Of a stretch of 64,000 nt of DNA, positions 38,481 through 47,549 are shown piece by piece (position 1 is the stretch's first letter; every line of letters begins with the position of its first letter). The translations under genes were made by a program, and so were the position numbers. The stretch comes from Candidatus Omnitrophota bacterium (GTDB taxonomy: Bacteria; Omnitrophota; Gorgyraeia; Zapsychrales; Fredricksoniimonadaceae). Where the stretch lies: the NCBI GenBank assembly GCA_015233675.1, contig JADFXH010000003.1, forward strand, positions 153,279 to 217,278, written 5' to 3'. The notes under the pieces were generated by a model. That model was not told the DNA's origin. It searched no databases and saw only the letters and a list, made by a program, of their open reading frames with translations.

Positions 38481-38626
38481 TAGCCTCCCAAGATGCCCTG
38501 CAAAGGTTACAACGGGAAGTTTTAACGATTATGTGGGCAAAGGCCATATACAAAAAATGTGTAGCTATTTACAATACAATAAATTTATAATATAAAATTC
38601 AATATATTTGCTACTAAGATAAATAT

Positions 38627-38640
38627 GAAAATATATTTTC
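38627..38640. promoter_or_regulatory. perfect 14-bp AT-rich palindrome upstream of rubrerythrin (possible PerR/Fur-type operator)
   Basis: GAAAATATATTTTC lies 20 bp upstream of the ATG. Confidence 0.3.
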
Positions 38641-38659
38641 AAAATAGAAAGGGAAAGAA

Positions 38660-39280
38660 ATGAAAAAAGAGCTCAGGGAAAAATTTGCGGGATACAGGGC
38701 AGGTAAAACATTAAAGGGGACCAAGACACAAGAGAATCTTCTTAAAGCCTTTGCCGGAGAGTCGCAGGCCAGGAACAGGTATGTAATGTTTGCTCAAAAG
38801 GCACGGGAAGATGGGTATGGTCAGATTGCGGCAATTTTTGAGGAAACGGCCCATAATGAGCAGGTGCATGCACAGACATTCTTTGCGTTTTTAGAGGGAG
38901 GCCCGCTGGAAATTACAGCAACTTATCCGGCTGGCATTGTCGCTGAGACTTATGATAATTTGCTTGCTGCCGCGTCAGGGGAGTATGAAGAGTTTGAGGA
39001 GATATATCCGCATTTTGCCGATATTGCTGAAAAGGAAGGATTCCCTAAGATTGGGGCCCAGTTTAGGATGATTGCAAAAATTGAAAAAGAGCATGGGGAT
39101 CGTTATCGTAAACTGGCGGTAAACGTTAAGGATGGGAAAATATTTGTAAAAGACGAAGAAACTGTATGGATTTGCCGTGAATGCGGACATATCCATATCG
39201 GCAAGCAAGCGCCGGCTTTTTGTCCGGCCTGCCAAAACAGCAAAGATGTTTTTCAGGTAAAAGAAAGCAATTATAAATAA
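38660..39280 (+). CDS. rbr: rubrerythrin
   Basis: Diiron four-helix motifs (FAGESQARNRY, ETAHNEQVHA, AASGEYEE, IEKEHGDRY) plus a C-terminal rubredoxin-like CRECGH...CPAC. Confidence 0.9.
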   Translation: MKKELREKFAGYRAGKTLKGTKTQENLLKAFAGESQARNRYVMFAQKAREDGYGQIAAIFEETAHNEQVHAQTFFAFLEGGPLEITATYPAGIVAETYDNLLAAASGEYEEFEEIYPHFADIAEKEGFPKIGAQFRMIAKIEKEHGDRYRKLAVNVKDGKIFVKDEETVWICRECGHIHIGKQAPAFCPACQNSKDVFQVKESNYK

Positions 39281-39283
39281 GGG

Positions 39284-39562
39284 ATGGAGTCTATTTATAA
39301 GGTCATGAACATGAAGGGAAGCGATAAAGAATTAGTTGTTTTAAGTAGTATGTCCTTAGGACAAAAAGGCAGGGTCGTAGCTTTTTCTTTTGATACTGAA
39401 GAAGGTGAACGAGTTCATGAGATTGGATTATCCCTCGGTGAGCAGTTTGAAGTTGTGCGCCTGCATCCCCAGGGAGAAACGATCGAAATAAAAATCCGCG
39501 GATATTTCGTTTCTATAGGCAAACAAGAAGCAGGCCATATTAAGGTTAAGCCTCTCTTTTAA
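39284..39562 (+). CDS. feoA: FeoA-domain protein
   Basis: LSSMSLGQKGRVVAF...RVHEIGLSLGEQFEVVR...IKIRGYFVSIGKQEAGHIKVKPL has the SH3-like FeoA pattern. There is no feoB in the window. Confidence 0.7.
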   Translation: MESIYKVMNMKGSDKELVVLSSMSLGQKGRVVAFSFDTEEGERVHEIGLSLGEQFEVVRLHPQGETIEIKIRGYFVSIGKQEAGHIKVKPLF

Positions 39563-39775
39563 GATTCCCGCGTATCAAAGGAATGGCGACAATTTGTTTA
39601 GTATTATGGGAGAGAGGAATTTTATAGAAAAAATTAAGTATTTTTTATAGTGTTGTAACTATATTATCTTCAATATGTTGTATAGCGTTATGCGGGCTCT
39701 CTAATTTGCAAACTTCAAAATATATGTTATCCTTTCATCAGTAAACGTTTTCCCGAAAAACTACGGAGATTAACT

Positions 39776-42700
39776 ATGTTCAAAAGAATTTTGAACTTGA
39801 TAATTATTTTTTGTTTTCTTTTGACCGCCTTAGGCCCTCTGCCCAAAGCCCATGCCGATTCTGTTTTAGGCCTGCCTGCCCCCGGAACCATGGTCAATTT
39901 AAGTCCTGCCTATGAGCCTGTGATCATAAAAGGCCTGACTGTTCACAAAGATAATCCTTTCTTGTTTGATTTTATAGTGGATGTGGGCCAAGATAAGATG
40001 TCCGGTGAGCCTTTAAAAAAAGAAGGTGAAAAGCTCATTAAGTACTTTTTAGCCAGTTTAGCTATCCCTGACAAAGATGTTTGGGTCAACCTATCTCCAT
40101 ATGAGAATAGCAAAATTATTCCTGAAGCGTTGGGTCAGACCGACATGGGCCGTGACCTTTTGGAACAGGACTATATTTTAAAACAAATCACCGCTTCCCT
40201 TATTTATCCGGAGAAACAGTTAGGCAAGGCCTTCTGGGATAAGGTCTACGCCAAGGCCCAACAGCAATATGGCACAACTCAAGTCCCGGTCAACACGTTT
40301 AATAAGGTCTGGATCATGGCCGACAGGGCAGAAGTCTTTGAACACAACCAAACCGCCTTTGTGGTAGACCAACATTTAAAGGTAATGCTGGAAGAAGATT
40401 ATCTGGCCTTGCAAAAGCACCAAAGCCAAATAGGGACACCAACCAGGGGACATGTCCCCGAAGGGGCCGTGTCCCCAAGCAGGCTGCCAAGCAATGAAGC
40501 TCTGGAACTGAAAGCACCCCAGGGAACAAGCCGCTTGCCAAGCAACTCCTTAGCCAGTCAGATTGTCAAAGAAATAGTTCTTCCCGAACTCGAAAAAGAA
40601 GTCAACGCCGGTAAAAACTTCGCCAATCTGCGCCAAATTTTTAACTCTATTATACTTTCCAGCTGGTACAAGAAAAACCTTAAAACGGCATTGCTTAATC
40701 AGGTCTATGCAAATAAAGCCAAGGTCAAAGGTATTGATTTAAATGATCCGACAGTCAAACAGCAAATTTATGAACAATACCTGAAAGCCTATAAAAAGGG
40801 CGTGTTTAACTATATTAGGGAAGACGTTAACGCAGCCGGATCTGCAATCCCTCGTAAATACTTCTCTGGAGGGTTTTTAATCGAAGGCACTCCTGCGGCA
40901 AATCCTGCGATGACAACAGATGAAGTTGTATTATCCAATTCTTTGCCGGATAGGGAAATGGTTGACATTAATACCGGCGTTGATACAAGGGATCCCGTCG
41001 CGGCGGTGACGTCCAAATCTAAAGAGGCAATGACGGCCTTGGATCAACTGAAAGATGATCTAAAGAATGACGTTTTCTCATGGGACGATGTCAGTTTTGT
41101 GCAAGTCTGGGCCAATGACGATGATGAGCAAAGAAACATGCGCCTCTGGTCTAATCGCCAAGAAGCGAATTTTCCCACCTCATTGGACGATCTTCTTCGC
41201 AAGCTGCCAAAGCCCGATAGTATCAAAATCATTAATCTTAGTTTTTCCAACAAAGTGGTCGACGGAGCCAGTTTTAAGAGATACGAGCCAATCAGTAAAG
41301 CGATGACGCCTGACGCGGCGATGGAAAGCAAGCAGACAATTCTCGGTGGGCTTGAGTTTCTTGTAAAGCAATTGGGCGAAATTCTTTTAAAGCCCCGATC
41401 ACCTCGTTCGGTTGAGGCTGTTTTTCTTAGTCCTAATGACCAGAAATATGATTTTCAAAATCGGCCTTGGGGTGAATTTACTCTTCAGGCTAAGGGAAAG
41501 CTTAAGACATGGTTGAATGCCCTTCATGAGGCAAGCGTTAAGGCAGATATTACTTTTAGTTTGGATCTTTTACGTCAACAGGCAGAAACCCCCGATGCCG
41601 ATTTTATTCAAGCCCTGAATAGAGTCCCGGATGTGTTGAAATTTTTTAAAGGGAAAAAAGAAGAATCTGATGACATGTTGTTTAGTGACATGGCTGTTCA
41701 ATTTGGGAAGTTTGCGGTTGTAAGTGTTGCCAGGAGAGGATCTGAAGTGAGCCGTGTTGTTATTGAGAAGGCCGAGGGTTTGGCCAATTATCAAGGTAAG
41801 CAAGTCAAACTGGTTGTTTTTCAGCTGCAGGAAATGGGCCTTGACGCGGCGATGACGACGAAAGAATTTCTCAGAGAACTCTACGGGCAATTAGAAAGCC
41901 AATTGATAGAACAGAAAGGTTTTAATGCGTATACACCAGAGGAAGTGAGGGCACGGTTGTTAAAGTTCCCTGAGGAAGGGGAAGTAAAGAGAATTGTTAA
42001 AAAGTATGGAGATGCCTATCATCATCAGGAGTTGACCTTTATTACAATGGCAGATGGTTCATTGAAGATTTTTTATTATGAAGGAGGGGAGGCCAATAGG
42101 CCGTGGAGCGCGGGAGTGACCAAGATAACTCTGAGCGCGGAAAACGGCGTAACGGAATCTCTTGATGATGGGCCACAAACGCTATTATTACCAAACACAG
42201 AAAGACCTGTCGGCATCCTGATAGATGGGCATCGTGAACCTTATATCGTTATCGGGAAAGAAACGGAAAATCGTTTAATGAGGGGTAAAAAATATCTTCC
42301 GGAGCATTTGTTCTCAGAGAAAGAGGCGATTAAAGAAGCGGCGTATGGTAAGGGACAGTCTATTTCAAAAGAAGTTTTTAGTGTAGTATCTGATAAGGAG
42401 AAGGGCGTTATTTTTGACTGGTTAATGGGACACGGTTATTTTGTGGAAAGTGAAGGGCAAGAAGGCCATACCAAACCTCTAACCAGCGTTTTAAGGGCAG
42501 GGTTAAAAGATCAGTACCCTTCTTATTATGAAAAAATCTTGGGAATTTTGGAACATGGCCATGAAGCCATCTTTTTCAAGATGGCTGACGTTTCAACCGA
42601 CTCGGCGATGCGGGGGGGGCTAAGTTTATGGGAAAAAGTCGAAGTGCCGCGCGGAGAGAAATTAAATTTTGAAATTGGAGGGATGGGCCGCAATATTGAT

Positions 42701-43672
42701 ATAAAGAATAACGACGGGCATGCTGTTGTTTATACAGGATTTATGGGAGGGGACATAAAGAGAGTGTATGAAGGCCAAAAGTTTGAGACTGAAGATAAAG
42801 ATTTAAATGTTAGCGTTAAGAATGGGAAAGTGTATGTACAAAATATTTCCAGAGCAGCGGTAACTTATCACGACGCGGCGATGGAATCTTCTGAAGGGGT
42901 TGAGAGAAAATTTCCCGAAATATTTGATCACCTTAAAGATGCGATGGGTGTTTTATTTGAGGTGAGTGATATATACAAGAGTCAGTTGCCGGACGAAAAA
43001 AAGCGTCTTGTTAAGGAGAGTATTGAAACCGCCATTAAAGGTAATTACCCGGAGATTGCTAGGCGACACGACATGCCAGGAGCCAAGATGGGTCAAATGG
43101 TGAATTTTATAATTTTACGTTATTTAATGCTTAAGATGGCAGAGACACAAAATAATTTGAGCAGGACTTATGGGAAGAATTTTACGAGGTGGGTTGTTGA
43201 CCGCTGTTGGTTTATTTTACAACCGCGAATAGATGACATCTTTAAATTTATACTTGATGGATGGCAACCGCAGGGAGATGATGTATACCCTTTAATGGAG
43301 ATCACCCACAGGGTTAGCGAGCCTGATTCAGGCGCAAGTAATACGGCGAAAGGGGCAGCAATTGTAGTGTTATCCATGCTTCTGCCGGCGACAGCTCTTG
43401 GCAAAGCAATGGCTCGCAATGGTGATCCAGCAATGACGAAGCAGAGAGCTTCAGTCGCGAACTCCGTCAACGGCGGTATCGACTTGAACACCGCCAACGG
43501 CATGGATTGGAAAGTAAGCCGCGACGGACCTGGCGTCCAGATGAGCGTTGATCCGGCCCTGATTGCGCGAATCCAGCGCGAAGGCATCAATTGGCTCTCC
43601 CCGGTTATTTTTAAAATGACGCCGGTTGCCAGCATTTGGCCTTTAGTGGGACTCCAGGCGCCTGTGAAGTAA
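39776..43672 (+). CDS. giant secreted modular protein 1 (1298 aa); shared head and tail with 49386-54239
   Basis: Signal peptide MFKRILNLIIIFCFLLTALGPLPKAHA. The head runs to IPRKYFSGG (about aa 366). Modules are separated by D-x-A-M motifs. The tail starts at GGIDLNTANGMDW. Confidence 0.85.
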   Translation: MFKRILNLIIIFCFLLTALGPLPKAHADSVLGLPAPGTMVNLSPAYEPVIIKGLTVHKDNPFLFDFIVDVGQDKMSGEPLKKEGEKLIKYFLASLAIPDKDVWVNLSPYENSKIIPEALGQTDMGRDLLEQDYILKQITASLIYPEKQLGKAFWDKVYAKAQQQYGTTQVPVNTFNKVWIMADRAEVFEHNQTAFVVDQHLKVMLEEDYLALQKHQSQIGTPTRGHVPEGAVSPSRLPSNEALELKAPQGTSRLPSNSLASQIVKEIVLPELEKEVNAGKNFANLRQIFNSIILSSWYKKNLKTALLNQVYANKAKVKGIDLNDPTVKQQIYEQYLKAYKKGVFNYIREDVNAAGSAIPRKYFSGGFLIEGTPAANPAMTTDEVVLSNSLPDREMVDINTGVDTRDPVAAVTSKSKEAMTALDQLKDDLKNDVFSWDDVSFVQVWANDDDEQRNMRLWSNRQEANFPTSLDDLLRKLPKPDSIKIINLSFSNKVVDGASFKRYEPISKAMTPDAAMESKQTILGGLEFLVKQLGEILLKPRSPRSVEAVFLSPNDQKYDFQNRPWGEFTLQAKGKLKTWLNALHEASVKADITFSLDLLRQQAETPDADFIQALNRVPDVLKFFKGKKEESDDMLFSDMAVQFGKFAVVSVARRGSEVSRVVIEKAEGLANYQGKQVKLVVFQLQEMGLDAAMTTKEFLRELYGQLESQLIEQKGFNAYTPEEVRARLLKFPEEGEVKRIVKKYGDAYHHQELTFITMADGSLKIFYYEGGEANRPWSAGVTKITLSAENGVTESLDDGPQTLLLPNTERPVGILIDGHREPYIVIGKETENRLMRGKKYLPEHLFSEKEAIKEAAYGKGQSISKEVFSVVSDKEKGVIFDWLMGHGYFVESEGQEGHTKPLTSVLRAGLKDQYPSYYEKILGILEHGHEAIFFKMADVSTDSAMRGGLSLWEKVEVPRGEKLNFEIGGMGRNIDIKNNDGHAVVYTGFMGGDIKRVYEGQKFETEDKDLNVSVKNGKVYVQNISRAAVTYHDAAMESSEGVERKFPEIFDHLKDAMGVLFEVSDIYKSQLPDEKKRLVKESIETAIKGNYPEIARRHDMPGAKMGQMVNFIILRYLMLKMAETQNNLSRTYGKNFTRWVVDRCWFILQPRIDDIFKFILDGWQPQGDDVYPLMEITHRVSEPDSGASNTAKGAAIVVLSMLLPATALGKAMARNGDPAMTKQRASVANSVNGGIDLNTANGMDWKVSRDGPGVQMSVDPALIARIQREGINWLSPVIFKMTPVASIWPLVGLQAPVK

Positions 43673-43677
43673 GAGCC

Positions 43678-43719
43678 AGTTGGCCAGGGACAGTTGGCCA
43701 GGGACAGTTGGCCAGGGAC
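43678..43719. repeat. 3 x 14-bp perfect tandem repeat directly after the giant gene 1 stop
   Basis: AGTTGGCCAGGGAC x3. Each unit contains the TGGCCA palindrome. Confidence 0.9.
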
Positions 43720-43876
43720 CGTTTCTGTATAAACTGATGTAGTTCTAGAAGTTTTGGCAGAAGTGTCCCCTTGAAGTGTGTAATTATGTGCATGAAAATT
43801 CGGTAAAGGCCAACGTGGTCAGGAGCCAGGAGCCGTGAAGATTATGCCTATAATAGCGCATATAAATATTTGAGTA

Positions 43877-44320
43877 TTGAGAACAAGGAAGTTAGTAGAT
43901 GATGGCAATCACCGGGGACACATCTACCGGAAGCTGCAAACTGATAAAGGTTTAGGCAGAAACGGTTCAGCTTTCAAGTTCAGCTTTCAAAAAGAAAATT
44001 TATTTCAGAAGCATGAATTTCAACCGGCGTTCTCCCGCTGGACTCTTGATAGAAAGGGACATATTACAAAGATTATTCATGTCCCGGGCAAAAAACAAAG
44101 GGGAAATGGCGTGGGCGGTATTGATCTGACCCTGGCCAATATGAATTTGCAGACACAAAACAGTGACGGTGAAATTAAATTCCATCTTGACCCTGCACAG
44201 CTTATGCAATTACAAAACGCCCCTGGCTTTGTGCCGGTGATTATCAATATCCAGCCGATGACGGACCTTAGGCAGTTTCTTGGCTTAGATGTCCAACAAA
44301 GAGCTTCCGCAGCGAGTTAA
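43877..44320 (+). CDS. orphan tail-domain ORF (possibly a remnant of a third giant gene)
   Basis: TTG start with no clear SD. The C-terminal 65 aa, GGIDLTLANMNLQTQNSDGEIKFHLDPAQLMQLQNAPGFVPVIINIQPMTDLRQFLGL, match the tails of both giant proteins. Confidence 0.4.
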   Translation: MRTRKLVDDGNHRGHIYRKLQTDKGLGRNGSAFKFSFQKENLFQKHEFQPAFSRWTLDRKGHITKIIHVPGKKQRGNGVGGIDLTLANMNLQTQNSDGEIKFHLDPAQLMQLQNAPGFVPVIINIQPMTDLRQFLGLDVQQRASAAS

Positions 44321-44442
44321 ATTGATATTAGAAGAAAATCATTCTCGACAGCCCTTGAGCGGTGTGGTATAAATAACTTTCGATTTCATGACTTGAGCGC
44401 ACTGATTGATGGCTCATCAAACCATCGGGATGACGTTTCTAT

Positions 44443-44515
44443 GCTGGCGTAGCTCAGTTGGTAGAGCAGCGCATTCGTAATGCGCAGGCCGGGGGTTCGA
44501 AACCTCTCGCCAGCT
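44443..44515 (+). tRNA. tRNA-Thr (CGU), no encoded CCA
   Basis: Hand-folded: acceptor GCTGGCG/CGCCAGC, D-arm GCTC-AGTTGGTA-GAGC, anticodon arm GCGCA-TTCGTAA-TGCGC, T-arm GGGGG-TTCGAAA-CCTCT (two G-U pairs). Confidence 0.9.
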
Positions 44516-44522
44516 TATTTTT

Positions 44523-46283
44523 ATGCTCACACGTGCCGCAGTCATTATTGTCTTAGGGTTCATCGCTTACGGCTTTATGCTGCCCTCGCCCTTTAGGGTC
44601 ATGGACGACCGCATATCCATCGTCGAGAACGCGGCGATCAAGTCCGTCAAAAACATCCCTGGGATCTTTCGTGAGGGCTATTTCCATGACCAATCGTATT
44701 ACCGGCCCCTGATCAATCTTAGTTTCATGGGAGAGTACCGGCTTTTCGGACTTAATTCTTTTTTTTATAATCTCGATAATCTTATCCTGCATATTTTAAA
44801 CGCGCTTTTGGTTTTTCTTCTGGTATCCAGGCTGACAAATAGTGATACGACAGGTTTTTGGACAGGACTTTTGTTTGTCATCCACCCGGTGCAATGGGAG
44901 GCGGTGTGTAATGTTCCGGGCAGGGCCATTCTTTTAAGCGCTTTTTTCACATTGAGCAGCTTCCTATTGTTTTTGGAATTTTATAAAAATCGTCGTGCTT
45001 TCTTTGGCTTTCTGGTATTGGTTGTGTTTTCTTTGGGATTATTATGCAAAGAATCCGCGGGAGTTTTTCCTCTGGTCGTCATGGCTTACCTTTCATTGGA
45101 TAAAACAAAATGCTGGCCGGAGAAATTAAAATGTTTATGGCCTTTTGTTGCAGGGATCACAGGGTACTTGATTTTACGGCAATATTTAGGCATTACTGAT
45201 GTGCATCGGGCAGGAGCTCCAAAGCTTTTGATCTTGGGGTTTGTGACATTTTTACGTTCGGTGATCACAGATTTGCGTTTGTTTGTATTTCCGGTGGATT
45301 TGCACTATGACCGTTGCCTGACGTTGATACAGTCTTTGAAACAACCGCAGGCACTGGCGACTTGTTTCTTTTGGGGCGCGGCCCTGATCATTTTTGTCCG
45401 TTATTATCGTAAGATTAACCCTATATTATTATTTTTGCTGGGATGGTTTTTTATTGAGCTGTTGCCGGTCTCGCAATTGGCCGCTATTATCTTAGTGGGT
45501 GCAGGCCGTGTATCGACTGCAGAGCATTTTTTATATTTAGCCTGCATCCCTGTTTTAACTGGCATGGTGATGGCTTTTCGATGGGCGTATGAACTTAATG
45601 CCAGGAAAGCTTTCGTAAACCTTCTTTTATTGAAATTTCTGGCCGGCGGATTTTTAGTATTCTTATTAATAACTGCCGTTGAGCAGAGTATTTATGCTTC
45701 CAATGAGTTTAATATGATCAACCGTTCATTGGCTTTTGAACCAAACAATCCGCGCCTTCAAGGTGCCATGGGGATATTAAGTGTTTTCAGGAAGGATATC
45801 CCTGATGCTGAGAAATATTTCCGGGCGGCGATCAAAGCAGAGCCTTCAAATCCGGCTTATCATATCGCTTTAGGCACAGCTTTATGCCAGCAGGGAAAAT
45901 GGATTGAAGGGTTGGCCCATTTTGTTGTTTTTGATCCGGGTAAGGATAAAGCTTTGGTCCAACACGAGGAAGATCTGACTATGGCGCATATCCGGCAAGA
46001 ACTAAGCCAGGGAAAGAATTTTGATGCCCGCGGGTGGTTGACGATAGGGATTTATTATGCTAAAACTAATCAGGAAAATCAAGCCATTGAGGCATTCTTA
46101 AAAAGTGCCAGTTTAAATCCCGGACAGGTAGATGCCTGGTTCAATCTAGGTTCATTGTATGAAGGTCAGAAAAATTGGCCGGCGGCAAGGATGGCATATA
46201 AAAAATTATTAGCTCTTAACGATTTGACTGTTTTCCAAAGGGATTTTGGATACAAACATTTAACTGCAATTGAGGGCCGCTAA
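44523..46283 (+). CDS. TMTC-like GT-C membrane glycosyltransferase with C-terminal TPR repeats
   Basis: N-terminal FRVMDDRISIVEN...YYRPLINLSF...GLNSFFYNLDNLILHILNALLVF (DUF1736/TMTC-type pattern). About 10 TM segments, and C-terminal TPR-like repeats (AYHIALGTALCQQGKW..., AWFNLGSLYEGQKNW...). Confidence 0.75.
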   Translation: MLTRAAVIIVLGFIAYGFMLPSPFRVMDDRISIVENAAIKSVKNIPGIFREGYFHDQSYYRPLINLSFMGEYRLFGLNSFFYNLDNLILHILNALLVFLLVSRLTNSDTTGFWTGLLFVIHPVQWEAVCNVPGRAILLSAFFTLSSFLLFLEFYKNRRAFFGFLVLVVFSLGLLCKESAGVFPLVVMAYLSLDKTKCWPEKLKCLWPFVAGITGYLILRQYLGITDVHRAGAPKLLILGFVTFLRSVITDLRLFVFPVDLHYDRCLTLIQSLKQPQALATCFFWGAALIIFVRYYRKINPILLFLLGWFFIELLPVSQLAAIILVGAGRVSTAEHFLYLACIPVLTGMVMAFRWAYELNARKAFVNLLLLKFLAGGFLVFLLITAVEQSIYASNEFNMINRSLAFEPNNPRLQGAMGILSVFRKDIPDAEKYFRAAIKAEPSNPAYHIALGTALCQQGKWIEGLAHFVVFDPGKDKALVQHEEDLTMAHIRQELSQGKNFDARGWLTIGIYYAKTNQENQAIEAFLKSASLNPGQVDAWFNLGSLYEGQKNWPAARMAYKKLLALNDLTVFQRDFGYKHLTAIEGR

Positions 46284-46288
46284 ACTTT

Positions 46289-47548
46289 ATGTGGGATTTT
46301 ATCAGTGACAGAAAAAGCAGGGATTTTTTCCGGTTTTGGTTTGCCCAGCTGATCTCCCAATTCGGCGACAGGGTCTATCAAATGGCTTTGGTGGGCTTAA
46401 TGGCAGTACGCCACCCAGGGTCGGTGGTGGAAATGGCCAAGTTGCTTTCTTTTACCATTATTCCGGTATTTATCGTAGGCCCCATCGCGGGGGTTTATAT
46501 CGACCGTTGGGACAGGCGCAGGACCCTTTTTGTCTGTGATTTTATCCGGGGGATATTGGTATTATTAGCTGCTTTTTATCTGATACATTTGCATGACATT
46601 TGGCCGATGTATGTGGTTGTATTTATCATTTTTTCATTCAGCCGGTTTTATGTGCCGGCAAAAATGTCCTTTATTCCTGAAATAGTTCATGAGGATGATT
46701 TGCATATTGCTAATTCTTTGGCCACCACCAGCGGCATGATCGCTTTAGTGTTGGGGGCATTATTAGGCGGCTTGATTGTTGAATATACCGGGTCTTTTGG
46801 GGGCTTTTGCTGGGATGCCATGTGTTATTTCCTGTCAGGGGCTTTGGTTTTCTCTATCGCTACATTAAGGCGCGGGTTCCCGAACAAAAGCGAGATCATC
46901 GCCGGTACAAAAGATATGCTGCAGTCTCAAAAGAGCGTTTGGCATGAAATCATGGAGGGTATCCGCTATATCCGGTCTCAGAAAGAAATAGGTCTGATTT
47001 TATTGATGATGTCTATACTTTTTGCCGCGGCGGGGGCGATTTACGTGGTAATTATCGTGTTTATTCAACAGGCTTTCCATAGTGTTACCAAGGACCTGGG
47101 GTTTTTGGCAGTACCGTTAGGGTTAGGATTATTTCTTGGAAGCTTAAGTTATGGGAAGTGGGGGAGAAATGTTGCCGCCTTTAAAATTATTTTTTGGTCG
47201 CTCATAACAGGAGGGGCCATGGTGGTCCTGTTTGCCTGTATGGTTGAGTCAACACATAACCGTTTTTTGGCGTTGGGATTATCTTTGGTGTTAGGTTATG
47301 TGGTTGGGCCTGTGATGATCGCTTCTAATACCGTCGTCAATAAAGTATGCACTATGGAAATGTCCGGTAAAGTTTTTGCGGCACTGGAGTTTGTCATGCA
47401 TTTGTCATTCTTGTCGGCCATGCTCGTAAGTGCTTTTTTAGCCGAGCATATCGAGCGCGTTTGGATTTTAGTGGCGGTCGGTGGTATATTCATGGTGGTC
47501 GGTATGGTTGGATTGTATTCTCGACCTTTGGCCTCAAAGAAAGCTTAA
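46289..47548 (+). CDS. MFS transporter
   Basis: About 12 predicted TM helices. N-terminal FRFWFAQLISQFGDRVYQMAL and loop motif YIDRWDRRR. Confidence 0.8.
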   Translation: MWDFISDRKSRDFFRFWFAQLISQFGDRVYQMALVGLMAVRHPGSVVEMAKLLSFTIIPVFIVGPIAGVYIDRWDRRRTLFVCDFIRGILVLLAAFYLIHLHDIWPMYVVVFIIFSFSRFYVPAKMSFIPEIVHEDDLHIANSLATTSGMIALVLGALLGGLIVEYTGSFGGFCWDAMCYFLSGALVFSIATLRRGFPNKSEIIAGTKDMLQSQKSVWHEIMEGIRYIRSQKEIGLILLMMSILFAAAGAIYVVIIVFIQQAFHSVTKDLGFLAVPLGLGLFLGSLSYGKWGRNVAAFKIIFWSLITGGAMVVLFACMVESTHNRFLALGLSLVLGYVVGPVMIASNTVVNKVCTMEMSGKVFAALEFVMHLSFLSAMLVSAFLAEHIERVWILVAVGGIFMVVGMVGLYSRPLASKKA

Positions 47549-47549
47549 G

